A stretch of 63,863 bases of DNA, the filler included, from Peribolospora baueri (taxonomy: Eukaryota): assembly GCA_029717555.1 (NCBI GenBank). It is 3 parts of 3 records of this genome, joined end to end, with 100 filler letters (N's around TTAATTAATTAA, not from the genome) between each part and the next. Parts side by side here need not be neighbours in the genome. Positions count along the whole stretch, not along the records: positions 1 to 24,996 come from JAMDHS010000148.1; positions 25,097 to 50,003 come from JAMDHS010000149.1; 1 more part is not named here. One strand, given 5' to 3'. Position 1 is the stretch's first letter. Every line of letters starts with the position of its first letter. Position numbers and translations under genes: made by a program. This document shows, piece after piece, positions 23,227-36,581 of the stretch. The notes below the pieces were generated by a model. That model made no database searches and was not told the origin of the DNA. It worked only from the letters and a program-made list of their open reading frames with translations.

Positions 23227-24533
23227 ATGAGCCAGTCTACGTCCTCTGATACCTCTTCCCAATTGGCTGCTCTCGACGCCGTTTGCGCACAAGTTGATTT
23301 CGCCGCGCTCATCCAAGCCTGCATCACCCTCCGCGGCGACGGCGTCCCTTGTCACCTTGTGAACGAAGCACCAGTCTATGGGTCTTTTCACGCGGTCTGG
23401 TGTGTCGAGTTTGCGGACAGCGTCAAGTGGGCCGCCAAGTTTCCCCTCATATGGGACGAAGAAGCGCGTCCATCGCTGACTGAAAAAGTACGAGTTGAGG
23501 AGCTCGCCGCAGAAGCCGCATTTTTGGAGTACGCTTTCCACGCGTTCCCCTCCCTGCCGATTCCGAGAATTCGGCATTTAGACCGTTACGGGGCGTCTGT
23601 GGGCTCACCTTTCCTCCTCATGGATTGGATGCCCGGTCGGCAAATCGACTTGCGCGGCAAGAAGCGGCCTTCCGACGCGGCCTTGGTCAAAAAGATACTC
23701 GATCAAGTCGCCGCTCTCGTCGTCCAGCTCACGTACGGGTCCATCGCACCACCGCACGATACTTGGCTCTGTCCGCTCGACAAGGAGAATCCTCCGGTGT
23801 CCGCGGTGTCTTACTTTCACAATTACATCGACCGCATCATCCGTCAACACCTTCTTAAACGCACCAAATATGACGTTCGGGACTTTCTCGTCCTACGCTC
23901 AGTCAAGACGGCAGCTGTTCGTGCAGGACTGGACGGTGGTCCATTACCGGTCCACCACAACGACTTAGAGTGGTGCAATCTGCTTTGGGATGAGGATTAC
24001 GTGCTCACCGGGTGCGTGCCGTAACTTTCTTTATTTCCTTTTCTCTGATTGTGTCGATAGATTCTGAGCTAACCGCGCTAGTTTGTGCCTTTCCGTTGGA
24101 AAGCGTGATTGACTGCATAGGAAAGCGTGTACCTCTCCAACAAATTGCGGAAGAATTCGATTGGCTTGGCCTGGAAGACGCGGACCGGCGGTACCTATTG
24201 TCGCGCCTTGGCGATCACGAGGCGCAGTACCTCAAAGCGCACCCGGACCACCCGGCCGCTGGATGGCCGATGACAATGGAGGCGCTCGCGGAAAAATACT
24301 ACAGTGGAAAGGGGGGAGAGCTGTTCGCCGATGTCGAGCACGCGCGCGAGCTATCGGAGAGGGAGTGTGTGGCTCGAGGTAGGAAGGGGTGGCAGCGGAT
24401 GGTGGCAGGGCAGTTGGACGAGGTGCTGAGGCGATACCCGGAGATCGACGGCTCTCCCGTGCTGAAGGAGGTGAGGGCGTCGTTGGAAGAGAAGACGGAG
24501 GTGGACGGAAGAAGCGGGGACTCGAGTGAGTAA
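23227..24533 (+). CDS. APH/phosphotransferase-family protein
   Basis: GSFHAVW..F.D..KWAAKFP, LPIPRI, GSPFLLMDWMPG and HHNDLEWCNLL motifs; intron from 24012, then VIDC. Confidence 0.8.
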
Positions 24534-24889
24534 GGTAGACATTGGCCTCTTACCTGTCGATCGCAGGCGATGGCAGGTAGAGAGACAAATTATACTCAGA
24601 TGGCTGGATTACAGCGTGTACTCTAGTGTATGGATGAGCGACAGTTATTTGTTATAGCGGCCAATCGACTCACTCGCGCGACGTCTTCGACGAGACGGCC
24701 CACACAGGTGACAAAGTACGCAAACGACGCGACACGAGTCGGAGGGCGCCAAGTCCGTCAACAGACGTGTCAATCAACGCGCTCCAAAGCCCTTCTCCGC
24801 TCGAAAAGCTTGGCTTCAGCAGACAGCATGAGTGTGCAGCTCAGCCCATCTGAAAATCCTCTTTGGCAGTTCAAGAAAATAGTTGGCTC

Positions 24890-24996
24890 GGGTTAGGGTT
24901 AGGGTTAGGGTTAGGGTTAGGGTTAGGGTTAGGGTTAGGGTTAGGGTTAGGGTTAGGGTTAGGGTTAGGGTTAGGGTTAGGGTTAGGGTTAGGGTT
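24890..24996 (+). repeat. Telomeric (TTAGGG)n array at the contig end
   Basis: About 18 perfect units, G-rich strand running toward the contig end. Confidence 0.97.
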
Positions 24997-25096
24997 NNNN
25001 NNNNNNNNNNNNNNNNNNNNNNNNNNNNNNNNNNNNNNNNTTAATTAATTAANNNNNNNNNNNNNNNNNNNNNNNNNNNNNNNNNNNNNNNNNNNN
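24997..25096. other. Artificial contig linker
   Basis: N-run, TTAATTAATTAA (stops in all six frames), N-run. Confidence 0.97.
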
Positions 25097-25972
25097 GCCA
25101 GAACCAAACGTCGACCTCGAGGCTTTGCCGTGCTTGAGCAGAAACAGGAGAGTCGGCTGTTGGACTTGCAGAGGAGGTCTCACAACAGCCAAAGCTGGTA
25201 TCGGTTTCATCGACGTCACCTTGCGATTCGGATGGGTCTGGTACCTCCCTCCCGGCGCGCCTCCTCCGATCAAATCCTTCATCATCGCCCTACTCGAAAT
25301 GCTGCGCAGATGGCAGTGGAACTTTTTCCGTGTGGAGAACGAGCACCTGGTGCGTCCCCAGTTTAGACATGACCACCTTACGCCGTCGTCCGTACCTCCT
25401 TTTGCTCAGACTTTCCGCCCTCCCTTTCCTCCCTACAGGGCAACGTGGACATGTACCGTGTCTCAAAAGACGTCCCGCTGCCGTATACGCTCCCCCAACG
25501 CTCCGCTGATGACGAAACGGACCGGCAGTCGAAACGGAGCAGAAAGACGGGGCACATGTCTGACTCGTCCATCGAGGCTCGCGAGGGCGTCACTGCCAAC
25601 CGGTATCAGGGCGCGAGCCGCCGAGCTTCCGGCTTGGTTCGCGCGGTCCGCAACGTGCTCTTGCCCAACGGCGACGGCGCCACTCCGTTGGAGGATCGTG
25701 GGGCCGCCAGGGGCACCATCGGTCGGGATTACACGCCACAGCGCCCAATGCGGGTCGCCGCCGGCTTGTCCGATGAGAGCGACATGGACGATGCCGGTTC
25801 GGTAGCGTCCTCGGAAGGCGGAAGGCGGCAAGCGAAGAACCGTTTCGCTGCCATTCGCGAGGTCGACACACAGGCGGAGGAAGACGAGGAGGGGAGCGCT
25901 GGAGAAGAGGTCGGCGGCGGCAGCGGCGAGGGGTCTAGTGGCGGATCGCGGACGATAAGAATGGATAACTAG
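25097..25972 (+). CDS. EXS-domain protein (SYG1/XPR1-like), 3' part only
   Basis: DVTLRFGW..ALLEMLRRWQWNFFRVENEHL, spliced to GNVDMYRVSKDVPLPY. Confidence 0.85.
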
Positions 25973-26362
25973 GGGAGCCGGAACTGGAACATGATGACGA
26001 TGGGATTTCGACGAACCACGGAGCTGGAACTGGAATATTTACTTTTTTGGCGTCGCTCGCTCGCCATGGATAACGGGAAACGGACTTCCAAGTCCTCTTC
26101 AGAGGACTGGTGATGTAGAAGTACGAACACGAATTTTCTTGGTCTCCGCGCCGTTCTTTGAATGGCTCAGGGGAGTACTATCACTAGCTCGTAGACTTTC
26201 AGAGTGATCGGACGAGAGAGCGAGTACCGGCAGATGGCATGCCGCCGTTTTCATTTCTATGATAGATGGTAGATGCAGATCGACAGCGAAGGTCTTAAAT
26301 TGGCCGCACAAAAGGCGGGAAGGAGCGTCACAGACAACGACAGAGCACACGCTGAAGAGCGC

Positions 26363-27996
26363 CTAGCGCCGCTTGTACGGTTTATGTCGCTCCGCTTTGT
26401 TGCCTACTACCTCCTGATGAGCGTCCCGACCATACGGAAATGAAACAAGATGGAACGAGATAGTCGGTTGAAGATGATTCGGTATGACCACCTAGCGGAA
26501 AATTGGACTACTCACCCTGCTGCTCGCTCTGAAACTCGCATTCTGGCGGCCAGGCGACATATCCGAGTCGTTCGGCAACGCGTCCGGCGAAATCGCAGGC
26601 CCGGCACCAGGTGCGGAAGGTTCCCGCATGTTCCAAAGACAAATTTTGCCGTCCTCACCTCCGGTCAACAAGACGCCGTCTTGAGCATCGTACGAGACGC
26701 TCCGGACAATGTCGGAATGACCGGACGGTCCTGAGGGGAGGAACGTCCGCAAGGACCATTGGGCGGAGGAGGACGTGGAAATGTCGGCAGCCGGGACGGT
26801 GAGGATCGCGGCATTGCCCGCCTGATCGCCAACGAAGAGGATCGTCCCTTCCGGTTCGATGTCAGGCATTTCTAGCCCCCAAGCTGCGTCGATGACATAA
26901 TCCGTCGTCCAAGCTGGTGCGAGGCATTTGATGTTTCGTACGTCGAGAGCGGGAAGATGAGTGTCAAACTTTTGAATGAAGGCAGAATATCAGGAAGGAA
27001 AAGAAGGGTCAACTGCGAGGTTGTGGACAAGAAGATGCATGGTGCTTTCCGTGCTCTCACCTCGTCGGCATCCCATACACCGAAAGTCTGCATGTCGCTT
27101 ACAGCCCAAGCGGAACCGAGACCGGCGACCTTCTGTGCCTCCTCGTCCCCGTCATCTCCTCCGTCAGTTTCCATCGCATCCACACCGTCCGCAACGCCAC
27201 TACCTGCCCGCGCGCCACCCCATCCTGCTCTCGCGACGCTCGCTCCCATATTCCCTACGCCAAGCACAGCGTCATCCTCGTCCGTTACAGAGACATCGTA
27301 GGTGCAAAGGAGGCCGTCAGACGAGGCGGAAAGAAGAGTGGTGGCCGGTGGTGGCCGACGTCGCGAGGAGGAAGGGGAAGAGGTCAGGTGGGACGGCCGA
27401 AAAGCAACGCCAGTAATGTCGTCGCTGTGGGATTCGGTATAGGTGTGTGTCGGTACAGACAGCGATCTCATGTCCCTGCAACGCAAAATTGATAAGGTCA
27501 GCCACGCGGAGAGCTAGGCGGTCGTAAGATAAAAACGGCGGACCCACCAAATGTCAATCAGCGCCTCCTCTCCTTCGTCACTCTTCGTCAGCTCCGTACC
27601 GGTAGCGAGGCATGTGCCGCTCTCGTCCACGTCCACACAGAGATACGGAGCGTGCCTTGGCCCTTCCAGCACACCGACTGGTTTGGACCATCCGGCGCGC
27701 GGATCCCAGACAGCAGCACGAGCGTCCTTGCCCACCGTAACCAGACTGCCTGAAGCGGGTCCAGCACGCGGCGTCCGGAAGCCCATCACACTGTCATTAT
27801 GGAACCGCGCCTCGGCTACGACTGACAGCGAGCGACGATCATGGACGCGCACGACGTCGTCAGACGAAGCAGAAACGAAAGAGGAGGGCAAGTGCGCGAG
27901 ATGGAGCACGTATGGCGCCGATGGCACGGAAAGGCTTGCAAGCTGGGATGTAGAGGAGCCGTTCCTCGAGGCGGCGATGAGCACTGGCTGGGACAT
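26363..27996 (-). CDS. WD40 protein, WDR89/YNL035C-like
   Basis: LATGTEL..ALIDIW, YTESHSDDIT, LLSASSDGL..DEDDAV, GHSDIVRS..LLTGGEDGKICLW; multi-exon. Confidence 0.8.
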
Positions 27997-28208
27997 CCCT
28001 CCTCTTTCAGTGTTGATGTGAGCCAAGAAGTCCGTCGCATCCACCTTTCGGGCAGCCAAATTTCTCGAATTCAATTGGCAAGCACGTGATCCGGTCCGTC
28101 TGTTGTCAGCCGCAGTCTTTCTCCTCGTTCAGGAAACCTATGTTGGTCGCATTTGCACCGCCGAAATCCTTCCTTCCGCTGTTGCTGTGGACCACTGTCT
28201 TCCCTGCG

Positions 28209-30703
28209 ATGGCGCCCGTCAGCTCCCTGTCCACTAAGGGCAACAAACGCCAGAAGACAACAACGGCTTCCATCTCCTCTTCATTGGATGTTACCCTGGA
28301 GAAGATCCGTCTCCTCTCCTCCTCGCTCGCAGCTGCGACCGCGTCGGCCGCAGACCTCAACCCGCTCGCCGACCTCATCCAGATCGCTCAGAGCTCAGCA
28401 GAGGAGAACTCAAAAGCTGGACCTACAGCCGCGCACAAAGCTGTTCACATCGTTGGACAGGTGTTGCAGCAGCTCGTCGAGTCTAACCGTATTCCCTTGG
28501 ATGTGGACCCGGGCACGTCATCCAAGGGTCCCGCCAAGGAAGCCTCGGCGGCGGACGATCCGAAGGTGCTAGTTGCTAGATGGCTCAAGCAGAGGTTTGA
28601 CGAGTTTGTGGGACTTCTTTGCATTCTTTTGAATCATTGGGAGAAGAACATCAGGGTGAGATGACGGGGAAAGAGGGCTCGAAGCATTTAAGGCGCTGCT
28701 GGACGTTGCCCTGGACCTTTTGCTTACTTACCTCTCTTCGCTGCTTTAGGTTCTTGCTCTCTCTCAGCTTGTAGAACTGCAACGCTCGGCCTCAAAATAC
28801 GCTTCTTCTTTTGTCTCTGCTGGTCCTTCGACATCAGCCGCCGGAGCCGCCGCGCGACCACGATGGGCACCCACCCCGTGGCGTCAGCTGATGCGAGCCC
28901 TACTGGGTTTCACCGGTCCAGATGTTGAGACAAACACGGCCTTGATTGAAGACGACGTGCGAGAACAATTCGCTGCCAAGTGGCTCAACCAACATGACGA
29001 CGTGCGGTTCTTCTTCTTACGGGAGATTGCGTAAGTGCATTGAAATGCATCTCGCCTCTTGCACACATGTCTAATTCTCTGCTTTATTCCTTACCGGACA
29101 GCTCCACAATGCAATCGCCGGCTTCAAGAGAGAATTCTCACGTTGTGACGAACACGCTGGCGCTTCTCTCTCTGCTCACCGCCATACCTGCTCAAGACGA
29201 CGATTTGAACACCTATCTGGTCCCTGCTCTCGGAAGGCGGCCCGGAGGCATGAACAATTTGTCGAAGGACGAAGTGGATGGCGGAGACGAAGGAATGGGG
29301 TCATACTTTGACTCTTCAGATGAAGAGCGGGAGGAGGAGATGGCGAACGGCTCGGCAACCAGCAAGCAAGGCAAGACGAGTAATCCGACTGGCAAACGTT
29401 CTCGTCGCCGGCGTGGCCCGAGCATGCATCAGGCTCTGCACCACCTACATTCCCACCGCGCCGCCTTCTCCTCCGCCTGGCTCTCCGTTCTCCTTCCACG
29501 AGGCGAGGCGGGAACAACCAGACAGAAGTTGAGCGTCAAGCAGATGCAAGATGTGCTCGTCCGCTTGCACAACCAGATCATGCCCAACCTGGTTAAGCCA
29601 GTGCTTTTGCACGACTTTTTGGTCGACTGCTGCGATGCTGGTGAGCTTTCACTGAAGCCGACCAGCTTGCCGATTGTGCGCAACGTCCTAGCACGGGCTG
29701 GCCTCTGACTATTTTGTTCGTGTCATTTCGCGCAGGCGGGGCTACGGCGCTTTTGGCCCTCAACGGGCTCTACACTCTCATGGTCAAGCACAACCTGTGA
29801 GTTTCGCTTTCCTGTCTGTTCCTAGGTCTATGAGTATCGAATAACCAGGCACGCTGTTGCTCCACCAGTGATTACCCCGACTTCTACAGGCGCCTCTACG
29901 CACTCGTCGATCGTGACGTGATGCACGTCAAATACCGAGCCCGCTTCTTTCGTTTGACGGAGCTGTTCCTCTCTTCGACTCACTTACCCGTCGCTCTGGT
30001 GGCCTCATTCATCAAGCGTCTCTCTCGACTCAGCATCTCCTCTCCTCCCGCCGCAATCGTCATGATCATTCCTTTCATCTATAACTTGCTCAAGAAGCAC
30101 CCGACGTGTATGGTCCTCATCCATCGAACAGACGAAGACGGACCCGAAACCGGCAAAGCTTTCGAAGGTGCGTTACAATTTACGCATTCTCTGACATTTC
30201 AGACGTCTTGACCTTGCGTTTTCTCACTGATTGTCCTTCCAGACCCTTACTTTCCGCACGAGCCCAATCCTCTCAAGACTAATGCCATCTCCTCGTCGCT
30301 GTGGGAAGTCGTCGCCCTGCAAAAACACTACCTCTCAAGCGTGGCCACCTTGGCCAGAATCTTCACCGACGTGTTCAGCAAGCCGAACTATGCCATGGAG
30401 GACTTCCTGGACCACTCGGTGAGCGATATGTCGTCATACTGTATACACCGGACAGCAAACGTTAACGCTCTTTATATCCCGTACCAGTACGCCACTCTCT
30501 TCGAAGCAGAAGTCAAGCGCAAATTCAAGCCGGACTTCCTGCCCGCCACCGCACACTCCCTGCCAGCGGGCGAATTTTCCGCGTTCCCGTCGAAGCGGCG
30601 TCGGTCTTCTGCGGACCAGAATGAGTCTGACGATGAGGAAGCTGGCGCATTGGTCAATGGCGGTATTAGCACTGACGTGTGCAGCGAGCTGTGGACATTT
30701 TAA
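28209..30703 (+). CDS. NOC4: Nucleolar complex protein 4 (CBF/Mak21 domain)
   Basis: HNLDYPDFY..HVKYRARFFRL..FLSSTHLP..VASFIKRLSRL..FIYNLLKKHP and SSLWE motifs; multi-exon. Confidence 0.9.
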
Positions 30704-30901
30704 GTCTTTCGCTTCACGAATACTGCAATGTACTGTCGCGCGACGACCATGCACAACAACCCTTCCGAGATCCGAGGAATCATAAAAAGTCTTATGCTCG
30801 TGAAATCGCGTCATAACTTACATACCTACAGCTCCTAATAACGACCGCCAAAAATTAACCTTACTCTCCAGTTTCCCCGTAAATGCGCAAAAGCATTTCC
30901 C

Positions 30902-33355
30902 TCAGTTGAAGCCTGTTTTGTCTTCTCTCTTCCGCTTTCTCGACGTACGCCTCGGCAGCATTTCCTGGTGGGACGGTCACCTTGCGTAAGACACCTGAGA
31001 AAGGCTTGATGGTTTCAGAAGCCGCGCGTACGTCCTGCGTTTCGAGGTCAGCGGCCGCCAGAACAAAGAGGGCATCGTTCGTTGGACGTGGGGAGAGGCC
31101 GGATGAGTCCTCTTATGGGCGGAAGGACAAGGCGAAATGGTTAGACAGAACGAGCACGACACGTCAGGATATGCCCATCTGCCCTTACTCACCAGCGTGT
31201 GCAAGAACGTACACCTCGCAAGACGTTGCCCATGTCCGCAGGACAACAGCTCTAAACGTCATGCTGCAAAAAGCAAAAGGAGGAGCCACAGCTCGTGTTA
31301 GAAATGGGGGCCTCAGTGCCGTGTGATGACTTTCGGCAGCCCTTGTGCAGGTAAGTTAATGAGCGCCCGTTTCTGCACACGTACTCACACCTCGCCTATC
31401 CTCACAGCCTCAGGAAACTCCAATCCGTCCATGCTGACCGTCGCCCACGTAACCCGCGCAACGTTTCTGGCCGCCAGCAATGCAGCCTTCTCCATCTCTT
31501 CCATGAGTTTCCCGCCGAACAGGACGCTGACCGTGTTTGCGTCTTGAGGAAAGACGAGGTGCAGAGTCGTCGCCAACGTCTCCTGGATCGGGATTGAAGT
31601 TGACGGCGAAGGGACTTGAAGCGGAAAGGGCTTCGGTGGGGACGATAGATACTTCTGGCCTGTGACGGTTGTCGGCTCCGGTGACCGATTAGGTTGAGAC
31701 GCCGCTAGGCCCAGCTCGGAGTCCACCGCCTTAAGCCGCTTTCTCAGCCGTGCCATTCCATGTGATTCATTACCTTCGCCACCTTTCCCTGCGTCTTCCG
31801 CCTGCTTTGCCTCCTTTCTCTGCCTCTCCACTTCTGCGAGTACGATAGAAAGCTTGTGCCTAAGCGGCTCATCCCCAGGCATTTCCGCGACGACGTCCTC
31901 GCCTTCTATTCGGACCGCAGGATCGGCCGACAGATAAGCCGATACGATAAGATCCAGTTCCAGGGCTCGAATCTCCAGCTCTTGGCGTGCGCCAGTGGGT
32001 GCATTGGTTGTGACGTGCCCGAACATCGATATCGAAGTTGTTGGCGAGGGGAGAGGAGGAAACCGAGAGCCCCTTCGCCGAGCCATGGGACGGGCCACCA
32101 AATCGTTGTCTTCGCCCTCTTCCCGCGTGATAGGCTTCGGGTTGTGTCCTTCTAAGGACGCTTCTCCAGCTGCTTTGGCCCACGTGAGAACCTCCTCCCT
32201 AAGCATTCGCTTGACTTCTTTGGCCACTCCTTCGCTGGTGTGACCGGCCCTGGAATCCGCAAGCCTCTTCTCTCGGCGTCTGCCGGCGAGGAGATGACGC
32301 TTCTTCTCCAGAAGAGTTCGAGGCGTCAGAGTCGGAAGGTGGGGCTTTTTGCGCCCCTGCGGGTGACCAAGGACCAAAGACATCGGAGTGACGATGAAGC
32401 TCAGAACAGCTGAGAAGGCGGTGACGAGACCCTCTGGTCGACCTGATGGACGAGTCAGTTGCCCTGCTATTCGGACTGCAGCAGGTGGCTGAGCCATCGA
32501 ATCGGAGTCACGAATGACAGCAACAAAGGTCATATAGGCTAAGGAAGCAAAGGCAACGACGAGGAGGAGGTAAATGTCCATGCCAGCGTCAGCAGCTGTT
32601 CCATCCACTCGCAAGACGGTTGACGTTTCTTCGATGGAATTGAACCCGTCTCACCGTGTGAGACGTAACTTCTTCTCCCCTCCGCATCCTCTTTTACTAC
32701 GCGCACTCCCACTTCCATACTCGTGGACCAAGATCGGTTGACCGCCGCTGAGACATGGACAAGATCGCCGGCAAAGACGGGCTTGAGGAAGATGACCTGA
32801 TCCAATGAGATGGTCACCGCCGGGCTTTCTGCATGTCGCCGACTTGCAATACCGGCTACGATGTCGATGATCTTTAGCAGCTCGCCTGCCTGTACGCGCC
32901 CAGCGTTGTCTGCCAGGCAGAGAACGATAGATTAGCGGGGTCAAACCGTCGATAACTGCGTTCGCTCACCAGCCATGTCATTGCGTGCCGAATAGGTAAC
33001 CTGTACGCTGAAGACCATAGATGTAGGAAATGAGCAGCATTTGATCAACTCTCTTGCAGCAACAAGATGTGTCGCGTAAGAGCAAGAGCGCTAGGGCCAT
33101 CACTCGTGGAACTGACCTGGAGTCGGCTGGGGTTTTGCTTCTCGTCGGCTTCCTGGTCTTGCTCTTGTCTGTGGACGCCGCGAATACGATCCCGACGGCG
33201 ATGGTCACCCCCAAAAGGACGGCGAGGGCTGAGGTTGGACGAACAAACGAAGCCGAAAAGGGCGCCATATTTTCCAAATGGCTTCCTCGACTGAGGTGGT
33301 TTGCGGTAGCTAGCTGTTGGTCGTTGTCGTTGTCGTCGTCGTCGTCAGGAGCCAC
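30902..33355 (-). CDS. Double HotDog-fold acyl-CoA thioesterase with an N-terminal hydrophobic segment
   Basis: TISLDQVIFLKPVFAGDLV..AAVNRSWSTSMEVGVRV and VFPQDAN...LFGGKLMEEME; the start codon is uncertain. Confidence 0.8.
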
Positions 33356-33526
33356 ATAGCAGCCAAGCCGTAAAGGAATGATCGTCGATCACGCGCAGCG
33401 AGATTAACTCGGCCCCGCGTCCTTCTCTCTTCCTCACCGTCCTCGACAATCACCACGTTCGGCAAGGAAGACATTGCCGACCTCTCTTACTGTGGTACCG
33501 ACCCCCCTCTCACTTACCTCTCCGGA

Positions 33527-34774
33527 ATGTCTTGCGGCCACGAGCATCACGAGCACGGTCACGGCGGTCACTCTCACGATGACGACCACGTCCGGCTAGA
33601 AGGCGGCCAAGACTTTCTCTACGCCAGGATAGACCGAGATAACGTCGTTGCGCTCAACGCGGTGGAGAGCGATATGGGCAAGAACGTCATCAAGCCGTGG
33701 GAGGATAGGGACGACGAAACTCGGGTGAGGCCAGCCTGCTCTGGACTACCTGGAACGACCCTAGCGGCGGGGCGGGGCTGCCCGTCGTTCGCCACGCTCC
33801 AGCTCCACTCGTCCTGATCAGCATACTTTTTTTCATTTCTTTTCGCATCGCTCTCAAGTACCTCGAGTCAGACGCCGACGACCAGCTCCTTGTTCGGGTA
33901 CCATTCACGGGCAACGTCAAGCTCCGCTCGGTCATAATCAAAGCCGGACCGGCGACCTTGACGCCAAGCGAGATCAAGCTGGTGCGTATTGGTTGTCTTG
34001 CGGCCGACCCAGCCGAGTCCGCGCGTTCGATATCCCAGAAGCGAGAAGCGAGAATGTGGTAGGATCACTTGTTTTGACCTGATATTGCCCGTACCTTGTT
34101 TTTGGGCAACCGTCAGTTTCAAAACTCGGAGTCTATCGACTTCAACGACGTAGCCGAGGCGACCCCTACCCAGACCCTTCAGTCTGTGCCCGTCTCTCGT
34201 GAAGCGGTTGAATACCCGGTCAAGTGAGATCACCCTTCCTGATACCATTTCTGTTGACGTAAGACGCAGGTAGGCGGTGCTCGGTGGTCTCGGAAGTGCC
34301 GCTTACCTCTCCTGTTTTCTGGCTAAATCTCTCACGAGTAGAGCGGCCAAGTTTCCAGCTGTTCGCGACTTGACCCTTTTTATTCCTGCTTCGCAAGGCG
34401 CAGAAACGACAAGAATATACTTTTTGGGATTCCGAGGCGAATTCTCTGAGGTGAGCATGTCTGTCACGGGCAAAGGAAAGGACTTGGCGGTTCGACCGAG
34501 AGAGAGCTTCTTGTTGACTGAGCCGCTTTCCGTTGACCTTTGTGGAAAACGCAGTTCAGAAGGGAAGCTCCCGCAAAGTGAGCGGTCTTCACAATTCAGT
34601 CCCAACCCTGCCTCCCACGTTTGGAACCCGAGGACGCTGAACGTATGTTTTTTTTTTTTTTGTTTTTTTTTCTTGTCGTTTAGCATCGTCTATGAAGCGG
34701 CCCCGTCGGTCGCCGACCACATGAAAGTGCAGGGCACCGATCCCTTCTCTGCCGGTCTGGATGGCCAGCACTGA
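33527..34774 (+). CDS. PITH domain protein (PITHD1-like)
   Basis: His-rich N-terminus, LYARID..V.ALNA, LESDADDQLLVRVPFTGNVKLRS, TRIYFLGFRGE, YEAAP..ADH. Confidence 0.88.
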
Positions 34775-35008
34775 GCGTCGCATAGTCGGAAGCCAGATAC
34801 ACCCTAGGAACCAGAGTATTTCTTCGGAGCCGGTCTCCTACCTTTCAGTCTATCTAGTCCGCCTACGCTCGTTCGGTGGCTGGTTAATGATTGGCTACGT
34901 CCCGACTTCCGCTTGTTCAAGACATGATGGGGTTATATGCTACAGAGGGTGGCGCAGTAGCGCGCCTCTCGATGACGACGGGGGTTGTCGAAACGGGAAG
35001 CAAGCGCC

Positions 35009-36581
35009 TCACTGTCCATGGTGATGTTGGCCAAGGAAGGCAGGCAGAATGGCCGGGGTCAAGGAGCCCGCAAAGAGCGTGGCCAAGCGCGGTCCCTTCG
35101 AGATCGCATCGTCCAAGGTTTCGTCAGATCTTTGCAAGGCATGCATCGCCACGTACAGGAACCTGGGCAAGGGCCAAAGCGCGATAGAGTTGAGTCACAA
35201 AGCAAACTCGCCCAAACTTGATATCCGAGCGTCCGGACGACAAGTCCGGCGACTTGGAAGAAAGATAATACGCGACTCACGTTCCTCCTGAGCAAGTCAA
35301 TGCCAGACCGATGTAGAAAGAGTGAATCGCTTCCGCTGGGCTGCCCGCATCCGCGGTCCGGAATGCCAGCATGAGAAGAATGTATGCTACAGATTGTGCG
35401 GGTAATATAAAACCGTGCGTGGTCAGCCAGTGACTGCGGAGAAAGATAGCGGCGGACGACCGACTACGACTATGGGCGCGCCGGCCTCTACGACAAGAAC
35501 CCTCTAGGCGGAACTCACTGACTATTGCACTGACGGGCGTGCAGATACTAAAGTAGATCACCGCTCTTCGTACCTCTGCGCGCCCTAACCCAGTAGACAT
35601 GAGAATGCTGCACAGGCCGAGAGCAGCTGGTGCTTTGTGTATCATGAGCGCCACGAAGACGATGGGGAGCACAGAGGAGTCCGAAGCAGATGAAGCTAGC
35701 AGCGTCACCAGTATAGGGAAGAGGTATGTCGTGAGTTTTGGGCGTGAGTGAGACCTGAAAGGAAAACGTTCAAGAATGAATGACAAGCGTGCTCACAAGC
35801 TCCCAAAGCAATCCCATCAGCAGCAGCATGGATGATGAGCCCTATCATCGTGCTCAGAGCTTTCATGGGCGATGGCGTCGTCGCCCTGCCACCGAGCTCA
35901 TCAAGGGAAGTAGGATGCTGATGCGGAGAGTTCGGACTGGACGGGCTTGAGGACCACGAGCTGTTAAGAGCGCGCACCTCGTCGCGTACTCTTGTTGTCG
36001 GCAATGTATCCCCTGCCTCCTGGTCGACGGCAGCAGGACTTGGTTCGAGCCGTGAAAGACGGAGAGGGAGGTGAGACGAAGGAGGGGATGGCTTCAGGCC
36101 CGGTGACGGCGCAAGGGAGGCTTCGGTACCATTCCTGGCTCCATCGCTGTGACCTGGTCCGACCTGGTCGATGCTGCAAGCCGTGTATGTAATCCAAAGG
36201 TGTGCATATAGCCAGAACGGTCAGTCAGCCCAACCACTCACTGCACAGCAATACTTTGGTGATGCATTCAAACACTGCAGACGCCCATCTATCTTCCCTC
36301 ACCACTCACAAAAGCATGAATAGAAACCCAGCTGCTAGGGCGAGGCCGATAGCTCTGCTGGGATTCTCTGCGGGATGGTCCCCGCCAGCGGCGTATACCG
36401 TCTCGATGCCTTCGGGGATGATGACGGTGAGCGCAGCACCAACCAGAAGGCCCACGCCATAGAGTTCGAGGACACGGACAGAGCGTATGGAGAGGTGGAG
36501 CGCGAGAGGCAACGTGCCCGCGAAGAAAGAGGTGACGGCCATGCAGATTGAGAGGAGACATAGCGGCAGAAAGGACGACAT
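35009..36581 (-). CDS. ZIP-family metal transporter (ZIP9/Atx2-like)
   Basis: GLLVGAALTVIIPEGIE, GLIIHAAADGIALG, IVFVALMIHKAPAALG, SGGTFLYVAMH. Confidence 0.9.

Noticed and set aside
24863..24996. Poly-(GL) ORF
   Set aside because: Translation of the telomere repeat.
24997..25096. TTAATTAATTAA palindrome between N-runs (also at 50048) as a biological site
   Set aside because: It is a standard six-frame-stop linker used to concatenate contigs, and adjacency across it is artificial.
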